Below are positions 9,834-19,501 of a DNA stretch of 64,000 bases, one piece after another (the first letter of the stretch is position 1; each line of letters opens with the position of its first letter). The position numbers were made by a program, and so were the translations under genes. The notes under the pieces were generated by a model. That model was not told where the DNA came from and searched no databases. It worked only from the letters and a program-made list of their open reading frames with translations. This stretch comes from Gammaproteobacteria bacterium (GTDB taxonomy: Bacteria; Pseudomonadota; Gammaproteobacteria; Legionellales; Legionellaceae), in NCBI GenBank assembly GCA_026399205.1, contig JAPLRL010000035.1:15310-79309 (forward strand), read 5' to 3'.

Positions 9834-10286
9834 CTATTTTTTCACTTCACCCGGTTCGGCTTTATTAATCTCAACTTTAAATTTATTTCCCATTGAAGGA
9901 ACAATATGAATCGTACTACCTGTAAAGACATAACCAGAAAATATGGTGTAGCCGCTAAACGTCACGACAGATAAGTACATTCCGGAATGACAATAGCCAT
10001 TATAAAACATATCGATCCAATGAGAATATTCATAACTATATACATCAAAAGGAACCAACGGTACACCATCATCATAGCGACCATAAACGGTGACATGGCT
10101 AAATGAATCGTTCACAATTTCTACATAACAATTTCCAAATATTTTAGGCTTCACGTCTGTTGGAGCTTCTGTCAGACTAGACGATTGCGAAGGAGTAGGA
10201 CTATATCCATGATAATTCATTTCCCCTGCAAAAGCCTGATTAAATAAAGCACAAGCTAATACCATTGCATAACCGAATATCCGCAC
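9834..10286 (-). CDS. secreted hypothetical protein
   Basis: The ORF-track start at 10379 is probably too long. A GTG at 10286 lies 6 nt after GAGGAG and gives a signal peptide VRIFGYAMVLACALFNQAFA. The mature part is Tyr/aromatic-rich. Confidence 0.5.
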   Translation of the reverse strand: MRIFGYAMVLACALFNQAFAGEMNYHGYSPTPSQSSSLTEAPTDVKPKIFGNCYVEIVNDSFSHVTVYGRYDDGVPLVPFDVYSYEYSHWIDMFYNGYCHSGMYLSVVTFSGYTIFSGYVFTGSTIHIVPSMGNKFKVEINKAEPGEVKK

Positions 10287-10778
10287 GATTGTCTCCTCAA
10301 TTTTTGAAAGAACTTGACCAGTAAATAATAACGGAGATTTAAAAATAATCAAGAAAATTTCTTTTCCACGCGCCTTCATGATGTATAATCATGCAATTAT
10401 CTTAATGGATGACGTATATGCCTAAAAATGATAACTTAATTCCTAGGCATCTGGTTCCCAAAGACATGCAGAGCATTATATTCTCATTTTATAAGCCGAC
10501 GCTTGAGAGTTCTTATCAGATAAAAATAATTTAGCTGAGAAACCATTTGAGTGCTATGGCATTGAGTTAGATGATGGGGAAGATCCGCAACTCGCTGCAG
10601 AAGCGCTAAAATATTATTTTGATATCTATACAAAAAAAACAAAAACGGAGCTTCGCCTACCGCGCAAAACGTTTATAAAACCCATTAACCGGACGGGGGA
10701 TTCGAGCGTAAAAATATTTTGTATTTACTGACTGCTTATCGTACCATTCTATCCATCTTTTAGTTGCAGGATCATCAT

Positions 10779-12050
10779 ATGTTTGCTAAGCGCTCCAAGA
10801 GACTGCTTGTTGGGTTTTTCGTTTTTTGGGGTCTGCTTATTTTATTTAACTTGGTCAAGCATACCCTGATGCAATATTTTTTATCCCACTATGAACCCCC
10901 ACCTGTGACGGTTTCTTCTGTCTTGGTTAAAGAAAAAAAATGGCAACCTTATTTGAACTCCGTAGGCAACTTTGTGGCGATTCGTGGGGTTGATATCACC
11001 TCCCAAGTCTCGGGTAACGTAGTCAAGGTTCATTTCGATTCCGGACAATCCGTTAAAGAAAACGCACCCCTGATTGATCTTGATGATGCCATTGAGCAAA
11101 GCACCTTGAAATCCAATCAAGCAGAACTAAGTTTGCGAAAATTAAATTTCAAACGCCTTGATGTGCTCATTAAACATAACGCCACTTCAAGTTCTAGTAT
11201 AGACGAAGCTAAAGCGGCATTAGAACAAGCTGATGCGAGTGTTGAAACCGTTAAGACAGAAATTCTCCATAAACATATTACAGCTCCTTTTGCAGGCCAA
11301 CTGGGTATTCGCCAAGTGAGCCTTGGTCAATATGTCACCGCTGGGCAAACGCATATTGTGACCTTACAGGCCTTAGATCCTTTGCATTTTAATTTCTTTT
11401 TACCCGAACAATACGATAAACAACTGTATCTTAATCAGCCGATATTGTTAAAGCTACAAGGGTACCCTAAGTTAAGATTTGTCAGTAAAATCATTGCGAT
11501 TAATCCTAAATCTGACACCGATACGCATAACATTGAAATTCAGGCTCAGCTCCCTAATTGCCTTACCGATGCATTAAAGCAACTGCCTAACAAGGTACAT
11601 CCTTCCCTTGATATTGAAAAACCGGCAGGATCGCTCTATACCCTAGTGAGTTGCAAGCCTGTGCCCACGACAGACACCTCTCCTCAACAGTTCGCAATTT
11701 TACCCGGCATGTTTGCATCTGCTGCGGTCACGTTACCGCCTTTAGAGCACGTGTTGGTTGTTCCGACCACCGCGATTTCGTTTAGCTTATATGGCAACGC
11801 GGTATATTTACTTAGCCCCTTAAAAACACATGAAAAAACCAAACAAGGCTTAGCGCTTTATCAAGTGAAACGCGTGTTTGTGCAAACGGGCGATCAAGAA
11901 GGGAATGAAACGGTGATTGTATCAGGTTTAAAAGCCGGTGATTTGGTGGTCGGTGCGGGTGAATTAAAGCTGCAAAATGAGATGCGGGTCGTCATCAATA
12001 ATGAGATTCAACTCAAAAGTGAGTCTAATTTTGATCAGATGGGGCATTAG
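10779..12050 (+). CDS. RND efflux periplasmic adaptor subunit (MFP/HlyD_D23)
   Basis: Shows an N-terminal anchor, a biotinyl-lipoyl-like stretch (QVSGNVVKVHFDSGQSVKENAPLIDLD), a coiled hairpin, and ITAPFAGQLGIRQVSLGQYV. It lies 3 nt upstream of the RND permease. I used ATG 10779; the track start at 10764 is a TTG. Confidence 0.85.
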   Translation: MFAKRSKRLLVGFFVFWGLLILFNLVKHTLMQYFLSHYEPPPVTVSSVLVKEKKWQPYLNSVGNFVAIRGVDITSQVSGNVVKVHFDSGQSVKENAPLIDLDDAIEQSTLKSNQAELSLRKLNFKRLDVLIKHNATSSSSIDEAKAALEQADASVETVKTEILHKHITAPFAGQLGIRQVSLGQYVTAGQTHIVTLQALDPLHFNFFLPEQYDKQLYLNQPILLKLQGYPKLRFVSKIIAINPKSDTDTHNIEIQAQLPNCLTDALKQLPNKVHPSLDIEKPAGSLYTLVSCKPVPTTDTSPQQFAILPGMFASAAVTLPPLEHVLVVPTTAISFSLYGNAVYLLSPLKTHEKTKQGLALYQVKRVFVQTGDQEGNETVIVSGLKAGDLVVGAGELKLQNEMRVVINNEIQLKSESNFDQMGH

Positions 12051-12053
12051 ACG

Positions 12054-15000
12054 ATGTCTATGACTCATGTATTTATTAAACGGCCGGTTTTATCGTCAGT
12101 CGTTAGCTTATTAATTTTGCTATTTGGTTTATATTCATTTACGCAATTACAAGTCAGACAATTCCCGAAACTCGATAACACCGTGATCACGGTCATGACC
12201 GCATATCCGGGTGCTGATCCTGATTTAATTGCAGGCTTTATCACCACCCCGCTTGAGGCAGCTGTTGCCAGTGCTGAAGGGATTGATTACATGGTGTCTT
12301 CTAGCACGCAAGGCGTGAGTACCATTACTTTAACCATTAAACTCAACTTTGACCCACAGGTTGCCTTTACTGATGTGATGAGTAAAGTTCAGCAAACGTT
12401 GAATCAGCTTCCCCCCCAAGCACAACGCCCGGTTATTCTCAAAAGCTCCGATGTCTCAACCCCCTTGATGTATATCAGCTTAGATAGTCACGACATGACC
12501 CCTCAACAAATCACAGATTACGCAACCCGTGTGGTGCAACCTCAATTACAAACCGTGGATGGCGTTGCGCAAGCGCAATTACTCGGTGGGGCTTCTTACG
12601 CCATGCGTATTTTCCTAAACCCCATTAAAATGGCGGCATTTCACGTCACCCCTGCTGACGTCTCCACGCTCTTGGCCAATAATAATTTTTTAACAGCTGC
12701 GGGAAACTCAAAAGGCGAGTATGTCGCGATTAATCTGTCTGCAGAAACAGATTTAAAAGATCCTGAGGCGTTTAAACAACTGATTATTCGCAGTGACGGA
12801 AATAACAGGGTTCACCTGGGCGAGGTAGCAAACATCTTTCTTGGGTCGCAAAATTACGATACCTCGGTGAGTTTTAATGGAAAAAAAGCCGTTTTTTTAG
12901 CGATTACGCCTACGCCATCTGCTAATCCACTCACGGTGATTGCCGCAGTGCGCGCCGCCTTTCCCGCCATTACGCAAGGCTTTCCGCCTTCGTTGATTGG
13001 GACCATTGTCTATGACGCTACTGAGTTTATTCGCGCTTCAATTAAAGAGGTATTACAAACCATTGTTGAAGCAACGCTCATTGTGATTGCGGTAATTTTT
13101 CTATTTTTAGGATCCCCTCGCTCGGTGATGATTCCTGTTGTGACCATTCCGTTGTCGCTCATTGGCGTGTGTACGCTGATGCATTTTTTGGGGTACTCCA
13201 TCAACCTATTAACCTTATTGGCGTTTGTCCTCGCCATTGGCTTGGTGGTGGATGATGCCATTGTAGTGGTTGAAAATATCCATCGACACATTGAAGAGGG
13301 GATGACGCCCTATGACGCGGCCCTACAAGGCGCGCAAGAAATTACGATTCCGGTGATTGCCATGACGATTACCCTTGCTGCGGTTTACGCGCCCATTGGC
13401 TTTATGCAAGGGTTAACCGGTGCTTTATTTAAAGAATTTGCCTTTACGCTTGCGAGTACGGTTTTGATTTCAGGCATTATTGCGTTAACGTTGAGCCCGA
13501 TGATGTGTTCTCAATTATTAAAGCCGCACACCACCGTATCTCCTTTTATGCACAGAATCGACCGTTTTTTTGATAACACGCGGGAGCATTACAAACAGTC
13601 TTTACACGCTCTTTTAAACGAGCGTGATATTGTGGTCTTATTGGTTGCCGTCATTTTAATTGTTCTTCCCTATCTTTATACACAAACACCTAAAGAAACT
13701 GCGCCCGAAGAAGATCAAGGCTTTTTCATTGTCGCCTCTACCCCCCCTCAATATGCGACTTTAAATTACATAGAAACCTACACGAACGCATTTAAGAAAA
13801 TTTATACCAGCTTTCCTGAAACAGGGCATTATTTTATTATCAACGCTAACCAACCGCTATCGGGAATTGTGCTTAAGCCCTGGGGCGAAAGAAAGCGCTC
13901 GCAATTTAAATTAAAAGCACCATTACAAGCAAAACTAGATTCTATAGCGGGCCTCACGTCTTACGCGATCATTCCACCCTCTTTGCCTGGCGGCGGGACT
14001 GGTACCCCTATTCAATTCGTGATTAAAACCACCAGTGATTTTCAAACGCTGTATCAAGTGTCTTATGATCTCTTAAATCAAGCGAGAAAAAGTGGCTTAT
14101 TTATTTTTTCTGATAACAGCCTTAAATTCAATCAACCGCAAATTTCATTGACGATTCAACGCTCAAAAGCCGCCGATTTAGGTCTTGATATGCAGAAAAT
14201 TGGTAGTAATCTTGCAGGTGCGCTATCTGAAAACTATGTGAATTATTTTAATTTAAAGGGTCGCAGTTACCAAGTGATTCCCCAGCTCGAGCGTCGCTTT
14301 CGTGCCACCCCACATGCACTCGAAGAAATATATGTTCAGACCAAACATGGTCAAATGATTCCGATGTCTACCTTTGTCACCCCTGTAGAAAAAGTCTTAC
14401 CCAATGCCCTCACGCATTTTCAACAAATGAACGCGGCTACCATTCAAGCGGTGATGATGCCAGGACATACCTTAGGAGAAGGATTGACCTATTTAACCTC
14501 TCTGGCTAAAGACGCTTTACCCAAAGGGTTTAGCTATGATTTTGCCGGGCAATCGCGACAGTTTGTTCAAGAGGGCAATGCCTTGATTTATGCTTTTTTT
14601 CTTGCCGTGATTGTGATTTTTTTAGTGCTTGCTGCTCAATACGAGAGCTATAGAGATCCACTGATTATTTTAATTTCAGTCCCCCTTTCCATTTGTGGGG
14701 CACTCATCCCCCTTAACTTAGGCCTAGCAAGTATTAATATTTATACGCAAATCGGTTTAATCACCTTGATAGGATTGATTAGCAAACATGGTATATTGAT
14801 TGTCGATTTTGCAAACCACTTACAACAAACCAAGCACTTAAGTAAAAGAGAAGCCGTTGAAGAAGCGGCCAGCATTCGTTTGCGCCCCATACTCATGACG
14901 ACTGCCGCCATGGTATTAGGGGTTGTCCCGCTCCTCATTGCCTCAGGTGCAGGTGCAGAAAGTCGCTTTGACATCGGTGTAGTCATTGCCAGTGGACTTT

Positions 15001-15098
15001 TAGTGGGAACAATGTTTACATTGTTTGTATTGCCAACCGTGTATACTTTTTTGGCGTCGGATCATCGAGTGGATTGCGCTCGAATACCCCCACCCTAA
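12054..15098 (+). CDS. RND efflux permease (AcrB/MdtB-type)
   Basis: 1014 aa with FIKRPVLSSVVSLLILLFG, ..LAIGLVVDDAIVVVENI.., and 12-TM architecture. The last 7 codons and the TAA stop (15096..15098) lie inside repeat D2. Confidence 0.9.
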   Translation: MSMTHVFIKRPVLSSVVSLLILLFGLYSFTQLQVRQFPKLDNTVITVMTAYPGADPDLIAGFITTPLEAAVASAEGIDYMVSSSTQGVSTITLTIKLNFDPQVAFTDVMSKVQQTLNQLPPQAQRPVILKSSDVSTPLMYISLDSHDMTPQQITDYATRVVQPQLQTVDGVAQAQLLGGASYAMRIFLNPIKMAAFHVTPADVSTLLANNNFLTAAGNSKGEYVAINLSAETDLKDPEAFKQLIIRSDGNNRVHLGEVANIFLGSQNYDTSVSFNGKKAVFLAITPTPSANPLTVIAAVRAAFPAITQGFPPSLIGTIVYDATEFIRASIKEVLQTIVEATLIVIAVIFLFLGSPRSVMIPVVTIPLSLIGVCTLMHFLGYSINLLTLLAFVLAIGLVVDDAIVVVENIHRHIEEGMTPYDAALQGAQEITIPVIAMTITLAAVYAPIGFMQGLTGALFKEFAFTLASTVLISGIIALTLSPMMCSQLLKPHTTVSPFMHRIDRFFDNTREHYKQSLHALLNERDIVVLLVAVILIVLPYLYTQTPKETAPEEDQGFFIVASTPPQYATLNYIETYTNAFKKIYTSFPETGHYFIINANQPLSGIVLKPWGERKRSQFKLKAPLQAKLDSIAGLTSYAIIPPSLPGGGTGTPIQFVIKTTSDFQTLYQVSYDLLNQARKSGLFIFSDNSLKFNQPQISLTIQRSKAADLGLDMQKIGSNLAGALSENYVNYFNLKGRSYQVIPQLERRFRATPHALEEIYVQTKHGQMIPMSTFVTPVEKVLPNALTHFQQMNAATIQAVMMPGHTLGEGLTYLTSLAKDALPKGFSYDFAGQSRQFVQEGNALIYAFFLAVIVIFLVLAAQYESYRDPLIILISVPLSICGALIPLNLGLASINIYTQIGLITLIGLISKHGILIVDFANHLQQTKHLSKREAVEEAASIRLRPILMTTAAMVLGVVPLLIASGAGAESRFDIGVVIASGLLVGTMFTLFVLPTVYTFLASDHRVDCARIPPP

Positions 15099-15169
15099 CC
15101 CCCCCCCGCGTTCAGTATATGAGTTTTATAAGCGTTCCGCGCGCGGGAGAGGCGACAGTTCGGAGTATA
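15077..15169. repeat. D-family repeat (D2) overlapping the 3' end of the RND permease gene
   Basis: CGCTCGAATACCCCCACCCTAACCCCCCCCCGCG..GCGCGGGAGAGGCGACAGTTCGGAGTATA. Confidence 0.85.
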
Positions 15170-15211
15170 GAAAAATTTTAGGGACGTGACTTCAAACATA
15201 AAGGGACAAAC

Positions 15212-16045
15212 ATGACCAGCCCCCATCTATTTCCGTTAGCCAGTTTGCAGTGCCTTAAGGTCGCAGGCGCTCAGTCTAAACCTTTTTTACAGGGCCAACT
15301 GACCTGTGATACCAGGCTGGTTTCACCCAACCACATGCGCCCAGGAGCGCTCTGTGATTTAAAAGGACGAGTTGTCGCTGTTATGGATGTGGTTGAATGG
15401 AACGACGTGTTTTTGATCTATTCTGGCGCATTACACAAACTGATCCAAAAAAGTCTGGCTATGGCGGCAAAATTATCAAGAGTCACGCTTGAGGTCTCGC
15501 CCTCAATCAAATGCATGGGGTTATTTTTCCCTGCGAGCTCATCTGTTTCGCTTCCCTTTACATTACCTACAGAGCGCTTCCAGCTGCAAACGACACCCGA
15601 AGTAGCTTGTTACTCGGTTTTACCAGATTGTTATATCCTGATGTATGAGCAAGAGCCAACATGGTTTAAAGACCTGCCTGCTTTACCAGAAGCATCATGG
15701 CATCAAATGCTATTGAGTCAGCAGGCTGTTTTTATTTATCCTGAAACTTCGGGGCAATTTTTAGCCCAACGATTAAACTTAGATAAAACTGAGCATATTA
15801 GTTTTAATAAGGGGTGTTATAAAGGGCAGGAAATTATTGCGCGAATGCATTTTCGTGGCGTAAATAAATATGAGCTGGTGACCTCGGTGATCTCTACAAC
15901 ACGTCCGCTTTTACCAGGCATGCCGATTTTATCTCCCACTTCACAGCAACAGATTGGTGAGATTGTTGATGTGGTCGCGATGCGGGCAGATGAGTATTTA
16001 ATTTTAGCAAGTATGTTAAAGTCAGAAACATTAAAGTCAGGTTGA
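15212..16045 (+). CDS. ygfZ: folate-binding tRNA-modification/Fe-S repair protein YgfZ
   Basis: GcvT-like fold pattern with the YgfZ signature KGCYKGQEIIARMHFRG. Confidence 0.8.
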   Translation: MTSPHLFPLASLQCLKVAGAQSKPFLQGQLTCDTRLVSPNHMRPGALCDLKGRVVAVMDVVEWNDVFLIYSGALHKLIQKSLAMAAKLSRVTLEVSPSIKCMGLFFPASSSVSLPFTLPTERFQLQTTPEVACYSVLPDCYILMYEQEPTWFKDLPALPEASWHQMLLSQQAVFIYPETSGQFLAQRLNLDKTEHISFNKGCYKGQEIIARMHFRGVNKYELVTSVISTTRPLLPGMPILSPTSQQQIGEIVDVVAMRADEYLILASMLKSETLKSG

Positions 16046-16046
16046 C

Positions 16047-16220
16047 TCAGATCAGTCCCCTCTCCCGCGCGACAAACTTTTGAAAGACGACTATGCTGAA
16101 CGCGGGGGAGGGTTAGGGAGGGGGTACACTGAGTATTGCCCCCTCCCCAACCCTCCCCCGCGAAAAACATCAACATGATATTCAACTTTCTAGCGCGGGA
16201 GAGGGGGTATTCGAGCGTAA
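16047..16220. repeat. D-family dimer (D3+D4)
   Basis: Two units: ..GATCAGTCCCCTCTCCCGCGCG..GCGGGGGAGGGTTAGGGAGGGGG.. followed by CCCCCTCCCCAACCCTCCCCCGCG..CGCGGGAGAGGGGGTATTCGAGCG. Same architecture as 28866..29040. Confidence 0.85.
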
Positions 16221-16247
16221 ATAAAATTAGAAATACTAGGATCCCCA

Positions 16248-17465
16248 ATGTCTCTTCCCCACTGCCCCGATTGCTACCCCGAAACACCCAATCACGCACA
16301 GGACAAACTCAATAGCATCCTCCAAGCTTATATCAGTAGGCCCTTTTCATGGATAAACTCACTATTATTACTCAAGCGATCCTTCTATTTAACCGACCGA
16401 TATTTGGTGCTCACCATTCGGTTCTTAAAAAAAATCAATAAAATTCAGATGCATGACACCTTGCCCAGCACCATGGTGAATCGCATCCAGTTGCTCTGGA
16501 ATGAAGCAAAACAAAGAGGGTTGACGCTCTATAGCTTTTCACTAGAGGGATGTACCTTATTGAGTTTTTTATTAATTTATAAAGGCAAAAACCATTATTT
16601 TCATTATTCACCCACCAGCTTACTCCATAAACAGGTTAAGGCTTTTAAGGATCCCGCAATCTATGATGATAAACAGCGGTTTAAAAAAATCTTGTCTCAA
16701 CATCAATTGCCTTACCCTGAAGGCCGGTTATTTTTTTCTAAACAACAAGCTCTATACTATGGAAAGAAACTGGGCTTTCCTTTGGTGGTTAAACCGGCAG
16801 CCTCAAGCCTGACGCATCATGTGACCCTGAAGATTGAGACGGTAACGGCACTCAGAAAAGCAATTGATGTTGCCAAAAAGGTTGATTGTAGACTCATTGT
16901 TGAGCGTTATATTCCAGGTGATGTGCATAGAATGATGGTGGTTGGCGATCAATTTTTAGCGTGTGCAAAACGCACGCGCCCTTTTATTGTGGGTGATGGC
17001 GTCGCTACTGTAGAAAAACTCATAGATGCGTTTAATCGTAATCCATTAAGAGGAGAGGTAAAACAAGCAGGATTTGCATTATATCAAATCAAAAAAGAAG
17101 CTCCCCTTATTCATTACCTAGCCACGCAAGCACTTGAGTTGAGTACACGATTAGATAAAGGAAAAACAGTCTATTTAACCCAAAAAACCACGTGTAGTAA
17201 TGGGGCGGAAGTGATGAATGTCACGGATAGCGTGTGTCAAGAAAACATCGCTCTTTTTGAAAAAATCCATCTTGCACTCGGTATTGCGGTGAGCGCCATT
17301 GATTTTATTTGTTTAGACGTCTCTCGACCCTGGCATACACAACCTTTTGCATTTCTGGAGAACAATAGTTTTCCTGACATTGGGTTTTTACATTGCCCAT
17401 CAAGTGGGGAGCCAGTGAATCTTTCAAAATCAATTTGGGATTTGGTGTTATCGCACCTTGAGTGA
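16248..17465 (+). CDS. ATP-grasp domain protein, cyanophycin-synthetase-N-terminal-like
   Basis: GFPLVVKPAASS..IVERYIPGDVHRMMVVGDQFLACAKRTRPFIVGDGVATVEKLIDAFNRNPLRGE..FLENNSFPDIG parallels the CphA/RimK ATP-grasp core. The usual glycine-rich loop after VVKP is replaced by AASSLTHH. The start is uncertain because the N-terminus abuts repeat D4. Confidence 0.6.
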   Translation: MSLPHCPDCYPETPNHAQDKLNSILQAYISRPFSWINSLLLLKRSFYLTDRYLVLTIRFLKKINKIQMHDTLPSTMVNRIQLLWNEAKQRGLTLYSFSLEGCTLLSFLLIYKGKNHYFHYSPTSLLHKQVKAFKDPAIYDDKQRFKKILSQHQLPYPEGRLFFSKQQALYYGKKLGFPLVVKPAASSLTHHVTLKIETVTALRKAIDVAKKVDCRLIVERYIPGDVHRMMVVGDQFLACAKRTRPFIVGDGVATVEKLIDAFNRNPLRGEVKQAGFALYQIKKEAPLIHYLATQALELSTRLDKGKTVYLTQKTTCSNGAEVMNVTDSVCQENIALFEKIHLALGIAVSAIDFICLDVSRPWHTQPFAFLENNSFPDIGFLHCPSSGEPVNLSKSIWDLVLSHLE

Positions 17466-17493
17466 TGGAGCGATGACTCCAAATACATCCAGG

Positions 17494-18768
17494 CTACGAT
17501 TCGATGTGAGGTATTCCTGCGTTTAATCGCAATAACTGATCATAAATCGGTGGATTTCCCACCCAATTCACAAAAGCAGAGGCAATAAAACAAGTGATTA
17601 ACATCGGGATAAATAAAGCCATATTTTGCGTCATCTCAGTCAACAATATCACGGCCGTCAATGGTGAGCGCACCACAGCTGCAAATAGAGCAGCCATACC
17701 CACAATTACATACGCTTTTGTGTCTAGGGGGGAGACATGTAATAGCTGGCACCAAAAAAGGCCTGCCAAAAAGCCTAAAGCCAGTAAAGGTGAAAAAATG
17801 CCCCCAGGAATGCGTAACCCATAAGAAAAGCACCCTAATAGCAATCGACCTATCATTAACATCGCAATCAGTTGTAGCGGTAAAGCTGTTGATAACCCGA
17901 GCTGAATCAAGGTGTAGCCCTCCCCTACCAAATAAGGGAAATAAATGGCTAACCAACCGACTAATAAACTCACTAAAAATAAAAAGACCAAGTGTTGAGC
18001 CGTTTTAAATGTATTTAATCGATTAAGGGTATGCATAAAAAAAAGATTAAAGCCCCATCCTAATAAGCCAATAAATACCCCAAATAGACAAAAGCCCCCT
18101 AGCGAACGCCATCCTGAATACTCAAAAATGGCGCCTGTTATCATAGGATGATTGCCAATCAGTTGGTGTAAGACCAAGCTAGATGCCACAGCAGTGATGC
18201 TCACAATACAGAGATGTTTCCATGTTAAAGTAAAATAAGGTTTCATTTCTTCAAAAATAAATAAAACGCCCGCAACAGGCGCATTAAACGCTGCGGCAAG
18301 GCCCGCAGCGCCCCCTGCGGCAATTAACAGGTTTCGATTCTCTTTTGAGAGTTTAAATACATCTGATAAAATCATACCAATATTGCCACCTAACTGCACC
18401 GTCGGGCCTTCTCGCCCTAATAGCAGTTGTGCGCTTAATGCTGCAATACCGCCGATGAGTTTAACGGGCATCACCCGCCACCAACGATCGGGGGTGTCTT
18501 GCATAAACGTGCGCTTCATTTCTTGCACGCCGCTTCCGGCGGCTTCAGGTGCAAATCGATGGACCAAGAACCATGCAAAAAAAACCAACATACACGTGAT
18601 GATGAGTTCAAGGATTACAGGGTGCCCATGAGCAAGCAAGAATCGATGTAACCAGAGATCCGTTGCTTGCACACCTAAAAGAAAACCTGCAGCAATCAGT
18701 GCGACTAAAGCACCCAATAGAATTGCAATACCGATGAATAAGATGCTGCGCACCTCACCTTGCTCCAT
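17494..18768 (-). CDS. clcA: ClC family voltage-gated chloride channel / H+-Cl- antiporter
   Basis: ClC selectivity motifs are present: GSGVQEM, GREGPTVQ and GGIFSPLL. The protein is polytopic. Confidence 0.85.
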   Translation of the reverse strand: MEQGEVRSILFIGIAILLGALVALIAAGFLLGVQATDLWLHRFLLAHGHPVILELIITCMLVFFAWFLVHRFAPEAAGSGVQEMKRTFMQDTPDRWWRVMPVKLIGGIAALSAQLLLGREGPTVQLGGNIGMILSDVFKLSKENRNLLIAAGGAAGLAAAFNAPVAGVLFIFEEMKPYFTLTWKHLCIVSITAVASSLVLHQLIGNHPMITGAIFEYSGWRSLGGFCLFGVFIGLLGWGFNLFFMHTLNRLNTFKTAQHLVFLFLVSLLVGWLAIYFPYLVGEGYTLIQLGLSTALPLQLIAMLMIGRLLLGCFSYGLRIPGGIFSPLLALGFLAGLFWCQLLHVSPLDTKAYVIVGMAALFAAVVRSPLTAVILLTEMTQNMALFIPMLITCFIASAFVNWVGNPPIYDQLLRLNAGIPHIES

Positions 18769-19414
18769 CGATGCTTTTGCGACAACACAAGGATGAACGA
18801 ACCCATATCCATAAACTAGGCAGGAGTGAAATCACCACAATGCCATAAATTAAAACAATAAAATGGGCTTGGACGTAAGCAAAATGCCCTAAATAATATC
18901 CAGCAAACAGTACGCTCCCAATCCATATACAGGCACTCAATAAGTTATAGAGTGTAAATATTCGAATATCCATTTTAGCAATGCCCGCAACAAAAGGCGC
19001 AAATGTTCTAATAATGGGTAGGAATCTAGCGAGAATAATCGTTGTTTTTCCATATTTTTCATAAAAAGCATGCGCTTCACGGAGATGACGTTGATTCAGC
19101 AACCAACTCTGTTGAAAACGAAACACACGAGGACCTAAAAAATGACCGATTTGATAATTGAGTTGATTGCCTAAAAATGAAGCCACCACCAGTAACAAGA
19201 ACAGAAGGTTTACTTGCATCACATGAGTTTGCGCGGCTAAATTACCCGCAACAAACAACAAGGAGTCGCCCGGTAAAAATGGCGTAACCACAAGACCTGT
19301 TTCACAAAAAATAATCAGAAATAATAATAGATAGGCCCAAGAACCGTAAGACGAAACGAAAGTTAATAAGTGTTGGTCAATGGTTAAAAAAAAAGAAATA
19401 CATTCCTGTAACAT
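18755..19414 (-). CDS. DedA family inner-membrane protein
   Basis: Shows FCETGLVVTPFLPGDSLLFVAG..ARFLPIIRTFAPFVAG. I chose ATG 19414 (MLQECISFF), preceded by AGGAGTAAAC, rather than the track start at 19465. Confidence 0.8.
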   Translation of the reverse strand: MLQECISFFLTIDQHLLTFVSSYGSWAYLLLFLIIFCETGLVVTPFLPGDSLLFVAGNLAAQTHVMQVNLLFLLLVVASFLGNQLNYQIGHFLGPRVFRFQQSWLLNQRHLREAHAFYEKYGKTTIILARFLPIIRTFAPFVAGIAKMDIRIFTLYNLLSACIWIGSVLFAGYYLGHFAYVQAHFIVLIYGIVVISLLPSLWIWVRSSLCCRKSIDGAR

Positions 19415-19501
19415 GTTTACTCCTGGTTGTTGCGCATGGTCAATGCAAACTCGATATATACTCACGGGAATCGGGCCAAAAAATAGGCATGGCTTTGTAT
19501 G

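Noticed and set aside
10418-10740. Possible gene remnant: MPKNDNLIPRHLVPKDMQSIIFSFYKPTLESSYQIKII stop, then in another frame ..PFECYGIELDDGEDPQLAAEALKYYFDIYTKKTKTELRLPRKTFIKPINRTG..
   Set aside because: It looks like a frameshifted fragment ending in a D-family terminal fragment (GGGGATTCGAGCGTAAAA). With no recognisable homolog I cannot support a pseudogene call.
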